Part shown: in pieces, positions 25,825 through 34,192 of the stretch
Position numbering within the stretch: the stretch's first letter is position 1
How the letters are laid out: each line of letters starts with the position of its first letter
Assembly (NCBI GenBank): GCA_041690355.1
Contig: JAWLHK010000014.1
Location: 62,001 to 110,192, forward strand
Source: a bacterium
Lineage (GTDB): Bacteria; J088; JAWLBW01
Length of the DNA: 48,192 nt
Direction of reading: 5' to 3'
Translations under genes and position numbers: made by a program
Notes under the pieces: model-generated
The model's input: only the letters and a program-made list of their open reading frames with translations
Databases searched by the model: none
What the model was told of the DNA's origin: nothing

Positions 25825-28107
25825 ATGCGTCTCACTCATTGGATTCCGCTTCTGGCGCTTGGCGTTCTCGTGACCGCCTGCGACAACGATGCCCCGCCCC
25901 CCCGGCGCGACACCGATACCTGCGCGACGCCCCCCTGCGATGCCCCCGCCAACCAGGCACCCGTGGCGGTCATCACGGGCCCGACCGGCGACGTGCTCGT
26001 GGGCCAGGAGATTTCGCTCGCGGCGACGGCCAGCACCGATGCCGACGGCGACGCGCTCACGTACCTGTGGGGCGAGGCCGAGGGCAACCCGATCAACAAC
26101 TTTCTCGACGGCGTGGTCCTGAACGCCGACACGATCACCTTCACGCCCGATCAGGTGGGCACCTACACGTTCACCGTGCGCGTGCGCGACACCCGTGACA
26201 ACCAGGCTGAGCAGCTTGAAGACACGGCCGAGTTCACGATCACGGTCACGCAGGATGAAGAAAACCCGGTCAACTACCCGCCGGCCGTCACGGGGGCCGT
26301 CGTGGGGAGCCGTTTCGTCGACCTGTCGGGCAAGACGGCGCTGACCCTGTTCGTCGCCGGCGAGACCGGCCTCGACTTTCAGCTGCTCGTGGCCGACCCC
26401 GAAGACGACGTCATCACCGACTACGGCCAGAGCGGCCTCGTACAGCACATGAGCGGCGCCAACTACACGATTCCGGCGCGCGCCCCCTCGGATGTCACGC
26501 GCGACACCGACGGCTTCGCGAGCGGCTCGGGGCAGTTCTGGGTCGATGACGGCAACGGCGGCGTGGTGAAGAAGGTCACGGTAACCGTGCGCTATGTGCC
26601 CAAAGCGGCCGACGGGCGCGCGCAGGCGATCTTCGTCGACTGCGACAACATCGCCGACTTCGCCCAGGACGGCACGCTCGAGCACCCCTTCTCGACCGTC
26701 GGCGCCGGATACCAGGCCGCCGTCGCCTCGGCCGACAAGAAGGACGTCTACATCGCACAGGGGGTCTGCGACGAGGGTGACGAGGTGCGCGTCGGCTTCG
26801 ACGGCGTGGCCCTCTACGGCCTCTTCGACCCCTCGGCCCAGTGGCGCCGCCGCAGTGAGCCGGCCGATCGCCAGAATGACATGAATACCGACGGCAGCAC
26901 CCGCTTCGCCGCGTGGACGCGCATTCAGAGCCCCGGCCTGCGCGCCCTGCTCTCGACCGACGGAACGCCGACGGGCACCGGAAGCCTGCTCATCGACGGT
27001 CTGTCGTTCAACCTCGACGACAACCGTTACGGCGTGAACGTCACGCTGCCGAACAATGCGACGTACACGCTCACCATCCGCAACAGCGAGTTCGTGGGTA
27101 CCGCCACGCAGGCGACGAATGCCTGGGACGTTCCCGGCGGGCTCTACATCCAGCAGGGCGGAACCAGTTCCGTGGGCGGACAGGTCTGGATCCAGCGCAA
27201 TCTCTTCTCGGTGGACACGGCCGACGACGGCAGCCGCTTCCAGGCGTGGCTCGCGCCGCGCGTCGGCGATGCGACCTTCAACGGACCGCAGGCCTGGTTC
27301 CTCAGCAACGTCGTCAGCGCCGAAATCGGGTTCACGACGGGGGCCGCCTACACCTGCAACGAAGATTCGGGGATGCTTTTCGCCGTCTGCCTGACCCGCT
27401 CGAGCGGCGGCACCACGGCCCTCAGCCAGTCGAACTACGCCATGCGAAACCTTTTTCACATCCGCGCGCTCGACAACACGGCCAACTGCGGAGCCGGCTG
27501 CAAGAATATCATGCTCGACGCCGGCGAAGGTGGTCTCCGCGGAAACGGCAACGTCTTTGTACCGGTTGGGCCGAAGAAGTTCGTTTTCGTCCACGCGCAC
27601 AATGGGGGGGGTACCGCGCCATACACGAACCTGACGCTGAACCGCTTCCCCGACTATAACGCGGACTACACATGGCTTCTCACCGGGGTCGACTATACAG
27701 GAACGAGCTATGTATGTGCAGCCTATATGTCGAGCACCTTGAGGCTTCCCGGTTTCCTTTGGGCAACAGGTGGGACATGCAACACCGCGCAGGCGTCCAC
27801 AAATCTTGGCAACTTCAATGCTGCCTACGCGACTGCCGACACGACTGCCGCCGGTTCGCAATCCTGGCGCCTGGCCGATGTAGGCTGGGTCGACTTCGGG
27901 CAGCTCGACTGGCGCTATCTTACGCAGAGCGCGGAGATCCCGGCGGAGAGCTGGTGGGATTTCGACGGCCGTTACGGCGCCGTCGACGATGTCTCGGTGG
28001 CAAACTGGTGGGTCGACGGCAAAGGCTTGAACGGCGTCACGGGAACAAGTTTCCAGCCAGGGTACTGGGACGCCGGCCCGTTCGAGGCGGGCGCGCCGAT
28101 GTATTGA
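25825..28107 (+). CDS. Surface lipoprotein with PKD/Ig-like domains and a C-terminal beta-helix-like region
   Basis: GGAGGA RBS; lipobox LVTAC; NQAPVAVITGP..ASTDADGDALTYLW..GTYTFTVRVRD (PKD-like); IFVD..DGTLEHPFSTV..A..VYIAQG (beta-helix cap motif). Confidence 0.85.
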   Translation: MRLTHWIPLLALGVLVTACDNDAPPPRRDTDTCATPPCDAPANQAPVAVITGPTGDVLVGQEISLAATASTDADGDALTYLWGEAEGNPINNFLDGVVLNADTITFTPDQVGTYTFTVRVRDTRDNQAEQLEDTAEFTITVTQDEENPVNYPPAVTGAVVGSRFVDLSGKTALTLFVAGETGLDFQLLVADPEDDVITDYGQSGLVQHMSGANYTIPARAPSDVTRDTDGFASGSGQFWVDDGNGGVVKKVTVTVRYVPKAADGRAQAIFVDCDNIADFAQDGTLEHPFSTVGAGYQAAVASADKKDVYIAQGVCDEGDEVRVGFDGVALYGLFDPSAQWRRRSEPADRQNDMNTDGSTRFAAWTRIQSPGLRALLSTDGTPTGTGSLLIDGLSFNLDDNRYGVNVTLPNNATYTLTIRNSEFVGTATQATNAWDVPGGLYIQQGGTSSVGGQVWIQRNLFSVDTADDGSRFQAWLAPRVGDATFNGPQAWFLSNVVSAEIGFTTGAAYTCNEDSGMLFAVCLTRSSGGTTALSQSNYAMRNLFHIRALDNTANCGAGCKNIMLDAGEGGLRGNGNVFVPVGPKKFVFVHAHNGGGTAPYTNLTLNRFPDYNADYTWLLTGVDYTGTSYVCAAYMSSTLRLPGFLWATGGTCNTAQASTNLGNFNAAYATADTTAAGSQSWRLADVGWVDFGQLDWRYLTQSAEIPAESWWDFDGRYGAVDDVSVANWWVDGKGLNGVTGTSFQPGYWDAGPFEAGAPMY

Positions 28108-28110
28108 GGA

Positions 28111-28226
28111 AAGTCTTCAGTCATCAGTCTGCAGTCGTCAGTCTGCAGTTTTTGAGGTTCAGGAATCGGTCGGCGGAGCGCGAGCGGGTCTTCTTCGATC
28201 ATCGACCATTGACCATCGACCATCTG
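28111..28226. repeat. Two heptamer arrays bracketing the intergenic spacer
   Basis: 28111-28149 aagtctt cagtcat cagtctg cagtcgt cagtctg cagt; 28199-28226 tcatcga ccattga ccatcga ccatctg. Confidence 0.85.
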
Positions 28227-28239
28227 TATTGGGCTCGCG

Positions 28240-29157
28240 TTGCCGATTCTTCTCGTCCTTCTACTTCTGTTGATTCCCGCGGTTTCCGCACGGGCAGACC
28301 TGCGCGGGATCGTGCTGCCGCGGGGCGCGGGCGAGGTGGGGCTCGGCTACCAGTATGCCCATGGCGACATGAGCTTCAACCTCGACGGCAGCCGCATCCG
28401 GGGCGAGCTGCTCGTTCCGATCGAGGAATACACCGATCACACCATCGCTCTCTCAGGCGCCTACGGCCTCGCCGACGGCTGGGAGCTCGGCTTCGAGATT
28501 CCGTGGCTGGCGCGACGGTTCCGCTTCGACTCCGATCCGCACTACGACACGTCGGGCAACCTGATTACCCACTATCCGTCAGAACGCCCGCAGGGGCTGG
28601 GCGACGCGCGCTTCTACTCGACCTTCGCGCCGTGGGAATCGTACGGGTTGCGCGTGGACCTGAAGACCGCTTCGGGGGCGGATAACTTTCACCCGACGCG
28701 CATGCCCGAGTCGCGCCCCGAGCAGTACCTCGGCAGCGGACAGACCGATGTCGCCCTCACGGCTCTGGGGGATTACCGGAGCGCGCGTAACCGGTTCCGC
28801 TGGGAAGCCGGGTACCGCCTGCGCCTCCCCGGGGTCTCCAACGTGTACCTGGATCGGTTCAATCCGCCGGATGAGCTCGTTCTCAAGCTGCAGTGGATGA
28901 CGGCGCCGCTGGCAGGGCTCGCGGTGGGCACGGTGGTCGACTACATGCACCAGGCGGCGCCGAACAGCGTGTCGGTGCTCGCACTGCAGATTCCCGTGTG
29001 GGTCGACCTCGGTTCCACATGGCAGTTTCGCGCGACGGCCGGCTATCCGGTGTACGGCAAGGATTACCCTGCCCTGTTCCCCGCCCAGCTGGCCGATCCG
29101 TATCCCCTGCTCGGCCCCACGGCGGGCGCCTCCCTTCACTACCGGTTTCGCGATTGA
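28240..29157 (+). CDS. Outer-membrane beta-barrel, SphA/'MetA-pathway phenol degradation' transporter-like
   Basis: Signal peptide; GAYGLADGWELGFEIPW, GLGDARF, LGSGQTDV motifs typical of this family; terminal SLHYRF. Confidence 0.7.
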   Translation: MPILLVLLLLLIPAVSARADLRGIVLPRGAGEVGLGYQYAHGDMSFNLDGSRIRGELLVPIEEYTDHTIALSGAYGLADGWELGFEIPWLARRFRFDSDPHYDTSGNLITHYPSERPQGLGDARFYSTFAPWESYGLRVDLKTASGADNFHPTRMPESRPEQYLGSGQTDVALTALGDYRSARNRFRWEAGYRLRLPGVSNVYLDRFNPPDELVLKLQWMTAPLAGLAVGTVVDYMHQAAPNSVSVLALQIPVWVDLGSTWQFRATAGYPVYGKDYPALFPAQLADPYPLLGPTAGASLHYRFRD

Positions 29158-29184
29158 TGGACTTTCGTCGACCCCATGAGCAGG

Positions 29185-29546
29185 TCCGTTCGTCCCGAGC
29201 AGACGGAGCGGAACAGCGTGACGCTCGACGGCGAGGGATGCCCGTGCGCGACCTCTCGCTGTCGACTTCGGCTCTGCCTTCGTCCGTCAGCTCGAGGCGA
29301 ACGGTGTCCAAATCGTCAATTGGCAATTGTAAATCGTCAATTGCCCGTGACCTCTCGCTGTCGACTCTCATCCGTTCGTCCCGAGCAGACGGAGCGGAAC
29401 AGCGTGACGCTCGACGGCGAGGGATGCCCGTGCGCGACCTCTCGCTGTCGACTCCGGCTCTGCCTTCGTCGGTCAGCTCGAGGCGAACGGTGGGCGGGGT
29501 TCGGTACTTGCTGCAATCGTCAATCGTCAATCGTAGATTGTCAATC
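29185..29546. repeat. Two 122-bp palindromic REP-like elements, each followed by a MAATYGT heptamer array
   Basis: Copies 29185-29306 and 29371-29492 (CCGTTCGTCCCGAGC...GCTCGAGGCGAACGG termini, inner TCGACGGCGAGGG/CCTCTCGCTGTCGA arms); heptamer arrays at 29310-29343 and 29514-29546. Confidence 0.92.
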
Positions 29547-32492
29547 AGCCTGGTTCTCCTCGTCCTCCTGCTCGTCGTGCCGGGTCCAGCATCTGCCTTC
29601 AATCACCCCGAGCGTTCCTGGCGCGTGCTCGACACCACACACGTCTCCGTCTATTACTATGACGGCGTGACCGAGACCGCCGCGCTCATCGCCGAGGCGG
29701 TCGAAGACGTCTACCCGCGCCTCGCGCAACGCTACGGGCGCGAACTGCCGACCCGCGTGCGCATCGTCTTCGACGACAGCTTCGACCCGCTCAACGGCGC
29801 GGCCTATCATGACTTCGGCCTCGTGCAGCTCGAGGGCATCTCGTCGTTCAGCGAGTTTCGCGGGGCGCACGACTGGGTGCGCGACGTGCTCACCCACGAA
29901 CTGGCTCACCTGTTCTCGCTGCGCCAGACCCGCATGCTTGGCGGCCTGGTGCCCGGCATGGTCGTGAGCGCGCTCGACGGCCCCGCCGAGCGCCCCTTTC
30001 AGATCGCGACCACCTTCTTTCTCCCCTCGGAGCTCTCGCCCCGCTGGTTCGCCGAGGGTATCGCGCAGATCGACTCGGTGGCCCTCGGCTTCGATCGGTG
30101 GGACGGTTACCGCGACATGCTCCTGCGCACGGCCCACCTCGAAGGGGGGCTCTTCACCTTCGCGGCCATGAGCTCGCTCTCGGACAAGAATTACCTCGGC
30201 GCCGAGAAGGTCTACAACCAGGGCTTCGATCTGCTGCGCTACGTGACCGAGGCCTACGGCCCCGACGCGGCCGCGCGCGTGGCGACGGCAGCGGGCACGC
30301 GCATCACGTGGAACTTCGAGGCCGCCATCGAAAGCGCCCTCGGGGTCACGGCCGAAACCGTGGTCGCCGCGTGGAAGGCCGATCGGAGCGCCCGCTACAC
30401 GGCCTGGCTTGAACAGTGGGCCGAACAGCTCTACGAAGGCGAACCGTTTGCGCAGGCCGGCTTTCTCACGCGCAACGTCTCGGTCTCGCCCGACGGCCGC
30501 CGGGTGGCCTACACGGGCAACGAGGGGGCCGATTTTCCCACCGGCGATCTGTACGTGCGCGAGGTGACCGGCGGCGAACCGCGCGTGATTTTCGGCGACG
30601 TGGGGGCCCCCGCCGCCTGGGTGCCCGACGGATCGGCCGTCGTCGTGAGCGCCGACCGCGAGCTCACGTGGGACGGCTACGCCGTGCGCGATCTCTATCG
30701 CATCTCGATCCCCGGCGGCCAGGTCACGCGCCTCACGCACCGCGCCCGCGCCGACGATCCGGCGATTTCAGCCGACGGCCGGTGGCTGGCGGCGGCGGCC
30801 GGGCGTGATGGGCGCATGGATCTGCACCTGTGGCCCCTGCAGGCCGACGGCACGCTCGGCGCGCCGCGTGCGCTCACCCGGTTCGCCCCGGGCATCGAGG
30901 TGCGCCGCCCCCGCTTCTCGCCCGACGGGTCGCGCATCGTCTTCGGGCTGAACGTGGGCCAATCCTCCGATCTGTGGACGGTCGAGGTGACGACGGGCAC
31001 GCTCACGCCGATCACGCAAGGGCCCGCCGACGACGTGCAGCCCGTGTTTCTCGACGAGCGCCGGATTGCCTACGTGAGCGACGAGCGGGGCGCATTCGAT
31101 CTCTACGTGCTCGACCTGGCCGACCGCAGCCGCAGACGTTTGACCACGACCGTCGGCGGCGTCTTCGATCCGGCCCCCGCGCCCGGCGGCTGGTACTACG
31201 CGGTCTATCACGACGGCGGCTTCGCCGTGCACCGCGACGCGCGGCCGGTGACGCTGGCGACCGAGGTCGGCCCGCTCGCGCCACCCGACGCCGCGGCCTT
31301 CGCGCAGGCCGTGAGCACGGCTTCGCGCCGCTATGCCTTCGCGCAGACCGGCCGGCGCTACGTCTTCGATCCGCTGCCCGTCAAGGCCTATCCCGAGTTC
31401 CTGCTCGACGATCGTTCGGTGCGCGTGGGGGCCACGGTGGCGCTCAGCGACGTGCTCTCGAAGCACGAGTTCGAGGTCGAAGCGCTCTTCGGCCGCGACC
31501 AGGATTACCACCTCGGATACGTGAACCGGCAGTGGTACCCCGATTTCCAGATCGACGTCTCGCGCTACGTGCGGCGCAGCGAATACGTGACAGGCTTCGG
31601 CGCCGGCAAGATGGACTTCACCTTCGACGTGGCCATGCTCGCCGCCGTGATGCCGCTCGGGCGCACCCAGGCCGTCATGCTGGCCGAGGTCGCCAAGCAG
31701 ATCGATTTTGGCTATCCGGTCGATCGCATGCTCGAGCGCGGCTTCGAGCACATGGCGCAGTGGATGTACTACGACCTCGCGCCCAACGCCGACGGCGACA
31801 TCAATCCGACCGGCGGGCGCTCCATCGTCCTGCGCGGTTCGAACTCCTGGATGCGCGTCTTCGAGATTCCCCCGTTCGGCTCGGTGCTCGACGGCCGCGA
31901 AGTGCGCCAGCGCTTCTGGTCGGGTTCGCTCGACTACACGGAGTATCTCTCGCTTCCGGCCGATCACACGCTCGAACTGGGACTGCGCCTGGGGGCGATT
32001 TCGCAGCCGGTGAGCCTCTTCGACCAGATGTATCTGGGCGGACGCATCTTTTTCCTGCGCCAGGGGGAATTCCAGACGGAAAAGAGTTTCCCCGGGTACG
32101 AGGGGTTCGCCATTGCGGGCGAGAAGCTCGGCCTGCTCTCGGCGGCCTGGCGTTTCCCCCTCTGGCAGGGGCAGCAGCCGGTCGGGCCGTTGAAACTCGA
32201 CAGCCTCTTCGGCCAGTTCTTCGCCGACGCGGGCAATGTGCTCGCGCACGGCCAGTCGTGGCGCGACTTTCTCGGCGCCTCCACCCTCGCCTGCCCCACG
32301 GCGCGCCCGTGTCTGCTCGGCGAGGGGGTGCGCACGGGTCTGCTCGCCGACGCGGGGGCCGAGCTGCGCCTCAAGACGCTGCTCTTCGAGGCATTTCCGT
32401 GGAACTCGTTCGCGCGCGTGGCCTACGGGTTTCACGAGCCCGACCCGGGCCGCCGCTGGCGCGCCTACGTGGGCCTCGGCATCGGGTATTAA
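29538..32492 (+). CDS. Gluzincin peptidase + TolB/PD40 beta-propeller + Omp85-like barrel fusion protein
   Basis: VLTHELAH plus PRWFAEG; repeats VSPDGRRVAY, PAISADGRWLA, PRFSPDGSRIVF; C-terminal FFADAGNV..DAGAELRL..VAYGF..YVGLGIGY. Start uncertain (TTG 29538 or GTG 29490); the track's longer N-terminus is repeat DNA. Confidence 0.85.
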   Translation: MSISLVLLVLLLVVPGPASAFNHPERSWRVLDTTHVSVYYYDGVTETAALIAEAVEDVYPRLAQRYGRELPTRVRIVFDDSFDPLNGAAYHDFGLVQLEGISSFSEFRGAHDWVRDVLTHELAHLFSLRQTRMLGGLVPGMVVSALDGPAERPFQIATTFFLPSELSPRWFAEGIAQIDSVALGFDRWDGYRDMLLRTAHLEGGLFTFAAMSSLSDKNYLGAEKVYNQGFDLLRYVTEAYGPDAAARVATAAGTRITWNFEAAIESALGVTAETVVAAWKADRSARYTAWLEQWAEQLYEGEPFAQAGFLTRNVSVSPDGRRVAYTGNEGADFPTGDLYVREVTGGEPRVIFGDVGAPAAWVPDGSAVVVSADRELTWDGYAVRDLYRISIPGGQVTRLTHRARADDPAISADGRWLAAAAGRDGRMDLHLWPLQADGTLGAPRALTRFAPGIEVRRPRFSPDGSRIVFGLNVGQSSDLWTVEVTTGTLTPITQGPADDVQPVFLDERRIAYVSDERGAFDLYVLDLADRSRRRLTTTVGGVFDPAPAPGGWYYAVYHDGGFAVHRDARPVTLATEVGPLAPPDAAAFAQAVSTASRRYAFAQTGRRYVFDPLPVKAYPEFLLDDRSVRVGATVALSDVLSKHEFEVEALFGRDQDYHLGYVNRQWYPDFQIDVSRYVRRSEYVTGFGAGKMDFTFDVAMLAAVMPLGRTQAVMLAEVAKQIDFGYPVDRMLERGFEHMAQWMYYDLAPNADGDINPTGGRSIVLRGSNSWMRVFEIPPFGSVLDGREVRQRFWSGSLDYTEYLSLPADHTLELGLRLGAISQPVSLFDQMYLGGRIFFLRQGEFQTEKSFPGYEGFAIAGEKLGLLSAAWRFPLWQGQQPVGPLKLDSLFGQFFADAGNVLAHGQSWRDFLGASTLACPTARPCLLGEGVRTGLLADAGAELRLKTLLFEAFPWNSFARVAYGFHEPDPGRRWRAYVGLGIGY

Positions 32493-32580
32493 GCCCCCGG
32501 CCTCCGCCGCTCTCCCCTCGAATTCGTGGCAGCAGAGGGCGCCTTCGGATGGCGGACCCGGAAGCCGATGTGTTTTTTAT

Positions 32581-32609
32581 TTGACAATGATTCTCATAAT
32601 CGTTACTAT
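32581..32609 (+). promoter_or_regulatory. Sigma70 promoter overlapped by a Fur box
   Basis: TTGACA-N17-TACTAT; GACAATGATTCTCATAATC (32583-32601) matches 15/19 of GATAATGATAATCATTATC. Confidence 0.85.
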
Positions 32610-32690
32610 TGAATCATCGGGGGTCGCCCTGCGACCTTCTGCACGTTCACGTTTCTGTCTTCGAACCCATTTCCGATTACAGGATTTTCC

Positions 32691-34085
32691 ATGCCCCGCT
32701 CGCGCGCCTCTCTTCCCGCCGTAACCATGGTGATGCTGCTGGCCGCCGCCTCAGCCCAGGCTCAGGAGGCCCCTGAAACCGTAACCGCCCCCGCGCAGGC
32801 CGAAACCGAAGCCGCGCCCGAGGCCCCGGCCGACGCCGGCGGAGAAGACGCAGGGGCCGAGGCCGAGACGCCCGCAGCCGCACCCGACGCGGCCTCGAAC
32901 GAGGAGCTGGAACGGCGCATCGACGTGCTCGCCGGCGAAATCGAAAAGCTGCGCATCGGCGAAGCCGCCAACCGCGCCGAAGAGAGCGTCTACGGCCTCG
33001 GGCCCGCCGCCTCCAAAATCTACCGCGTGAACGAAGGGCTCTCCATCGGCGGCTACGGCGAAGTCGAGTACCGCAATTACCAGACCGGCGACCGTACCGA
33101 CCTGCTCGACTTTCACCGCGCCATTTTCTACATCGGCTACAAGTTCGACGACACGTTCGTCTTCAACTCCGAGATCGAGATTGAGCACGTCGACGAAATC
33201 TTTCTCGAGTTCGCCTACCTCGACTACCTGCGCAGCGACGCCTTCAACCTGCGCGGCGGTCTCGTGCTCGTGCCCATGGGCATTCTGAACGAACTGCACG
33301 AGCCCACGACGTACCTCGGCTCCCTGCGCCCCGAGACCGAGCAGAAAATCATTCCCACGACCTGGCGTGAAATCGGCGGCGGCGTCTTCGGCAGCGCCGG
33401 CTCCCTCTCCTACAAGCTCTACGCGATCAACGGGCTGAACGCCGCCGGATTCTCGTCCGGCGACGGCGTTCGCGGCGGCCGTACCAAGGGGAGCCGCGCC
33501 GTGGCCGAAGACTTCGCCGGCGTCGCCCGCCTCGACTACACGGGTCTCCCGGGCCTGACCGTCGGCGGGTCGGCCTACTTCGGCGAGTCGGACCAGAACA
33601 GCCTCACGACCGCCCAGGGGGGCGACTTCAACGTGCCGACGTTCCTCTACGAGGCGCACGCCGACTGGGCCTGGCGCGGTTTCTCGCTGCGCGGCGTCTT
33701 CGCGCGCGCCCAGCTGCGCAATGCCGACCTGCTGACCGACGCCCTGTCGGCCGCTGCGGGGAGCCCCGTCGCCCCCATCGGCGACGCCATGCAGGGCTAC
33801 TACCTGACCGCGGGCTATGACGTTCTGGCTTCTGTGGAAACGAAGCAGTCGCTCGTCCCCTTCGTGCGCTACGAGCGGGTCGACACGCAGTTCGACGTGG
33901 CCGACCGCTTCAACGCCTCGGATGCCAACGATCGCACCCTGCTCACGTTCGGCGCGTCGTATCTGCCGATTCCCCAGATCGTGCTCAAGGCCGACTACCA
34001 GGACATCACCACGCAGGCCGAGCGCCTCGATCCGGCCCGCAAGGCTGCAGACCAGTGGAACGTCGCGCTGGGGTATATCTTCTGA
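32691..34085 (+). CDS. Outer-membrane porin (OprO/OprP-like) with an acidic linker and coiled coil
   Basis: Signal peptide, Ala/Glu/Pro linker, EELERRIDVLAGEIEKL coil, SIGGYGEV, FNSEIEIEH, LEFAYLDY, NELHEPT, IIPTTWREIG, VLKADYQ, terminal LGYIF. Confidence 0.85.
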   Translation: MPRSRASLPAVTMVMLLAAASAQAQEAPETVTAPAQAETEAAPEAPADAGGEDAGAEAETPAAAPDAASNEELERRIDVLAGEIEKLRIGEAANRAEESVYGLGPAASKIYRVNEGLSIGGYGEVEYRNYQTGDRTDLLDFHRAIFYIGYKFDDTFVFNSEIEIEHVDEIFLEFAYLDYLRSDAFNLRGGLVLVPMGILNELHEPTTYLGSLRPETEQKIIPTTWREIGGGVFGSAGSLSYKLYAINGLNAAGFSSGDGVRGGRTKGSRAVAEDFAGVARLDYTGLPGLTVGGSAYFGESDQNSLTTAQGGDFNVPTFLYEAHADWAWRGFSLRGVFARAQLRNADLLTDALSAAAGSPVAPIGDAMQGYYLTAGYDVLASVETKQSLVPFVRYERVDTQFDVADRFNASDANDRTLLTFGASYLPIPQIVLKADYQDITTQAERLDPARKAADQWNVALGYIF

Positions 34086-34145
34086 GGACTCGTTTCCCGC
34101 GCGGCGGGGCCGGCATTCCGGCCGGCCTCCCGCTTGCACTTCCCG

Positions 34146-34175
34146 GGGGGAACCTTCAAAATACAAGGTTCCCCC
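34146..34175 (+). terminator. Strong hairpin between porin and apbE (partial terminator or mRNA stabiliser)
   Basis: GGGGGAACCTT-CAAAATAC-AAGGTTCCCCC followed by GTTCCTGTTTTT. Confidence 0.5.
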
Positions 34176-34192
34176 GTTCCTGTTTTTCTGCC

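Noticed and set aside
27540-28107. Diversity-generating retroelement variable region
   Set aside because: No reverse transcriptase and no template-repeat copy seen in the window.
28893-29489. N-terminal ~200 aa of the 1199-aa track ORF
   Set aside because: Overlaps the upstream barrel gene and translates the duplicated palindromic repeat; not protein-like.
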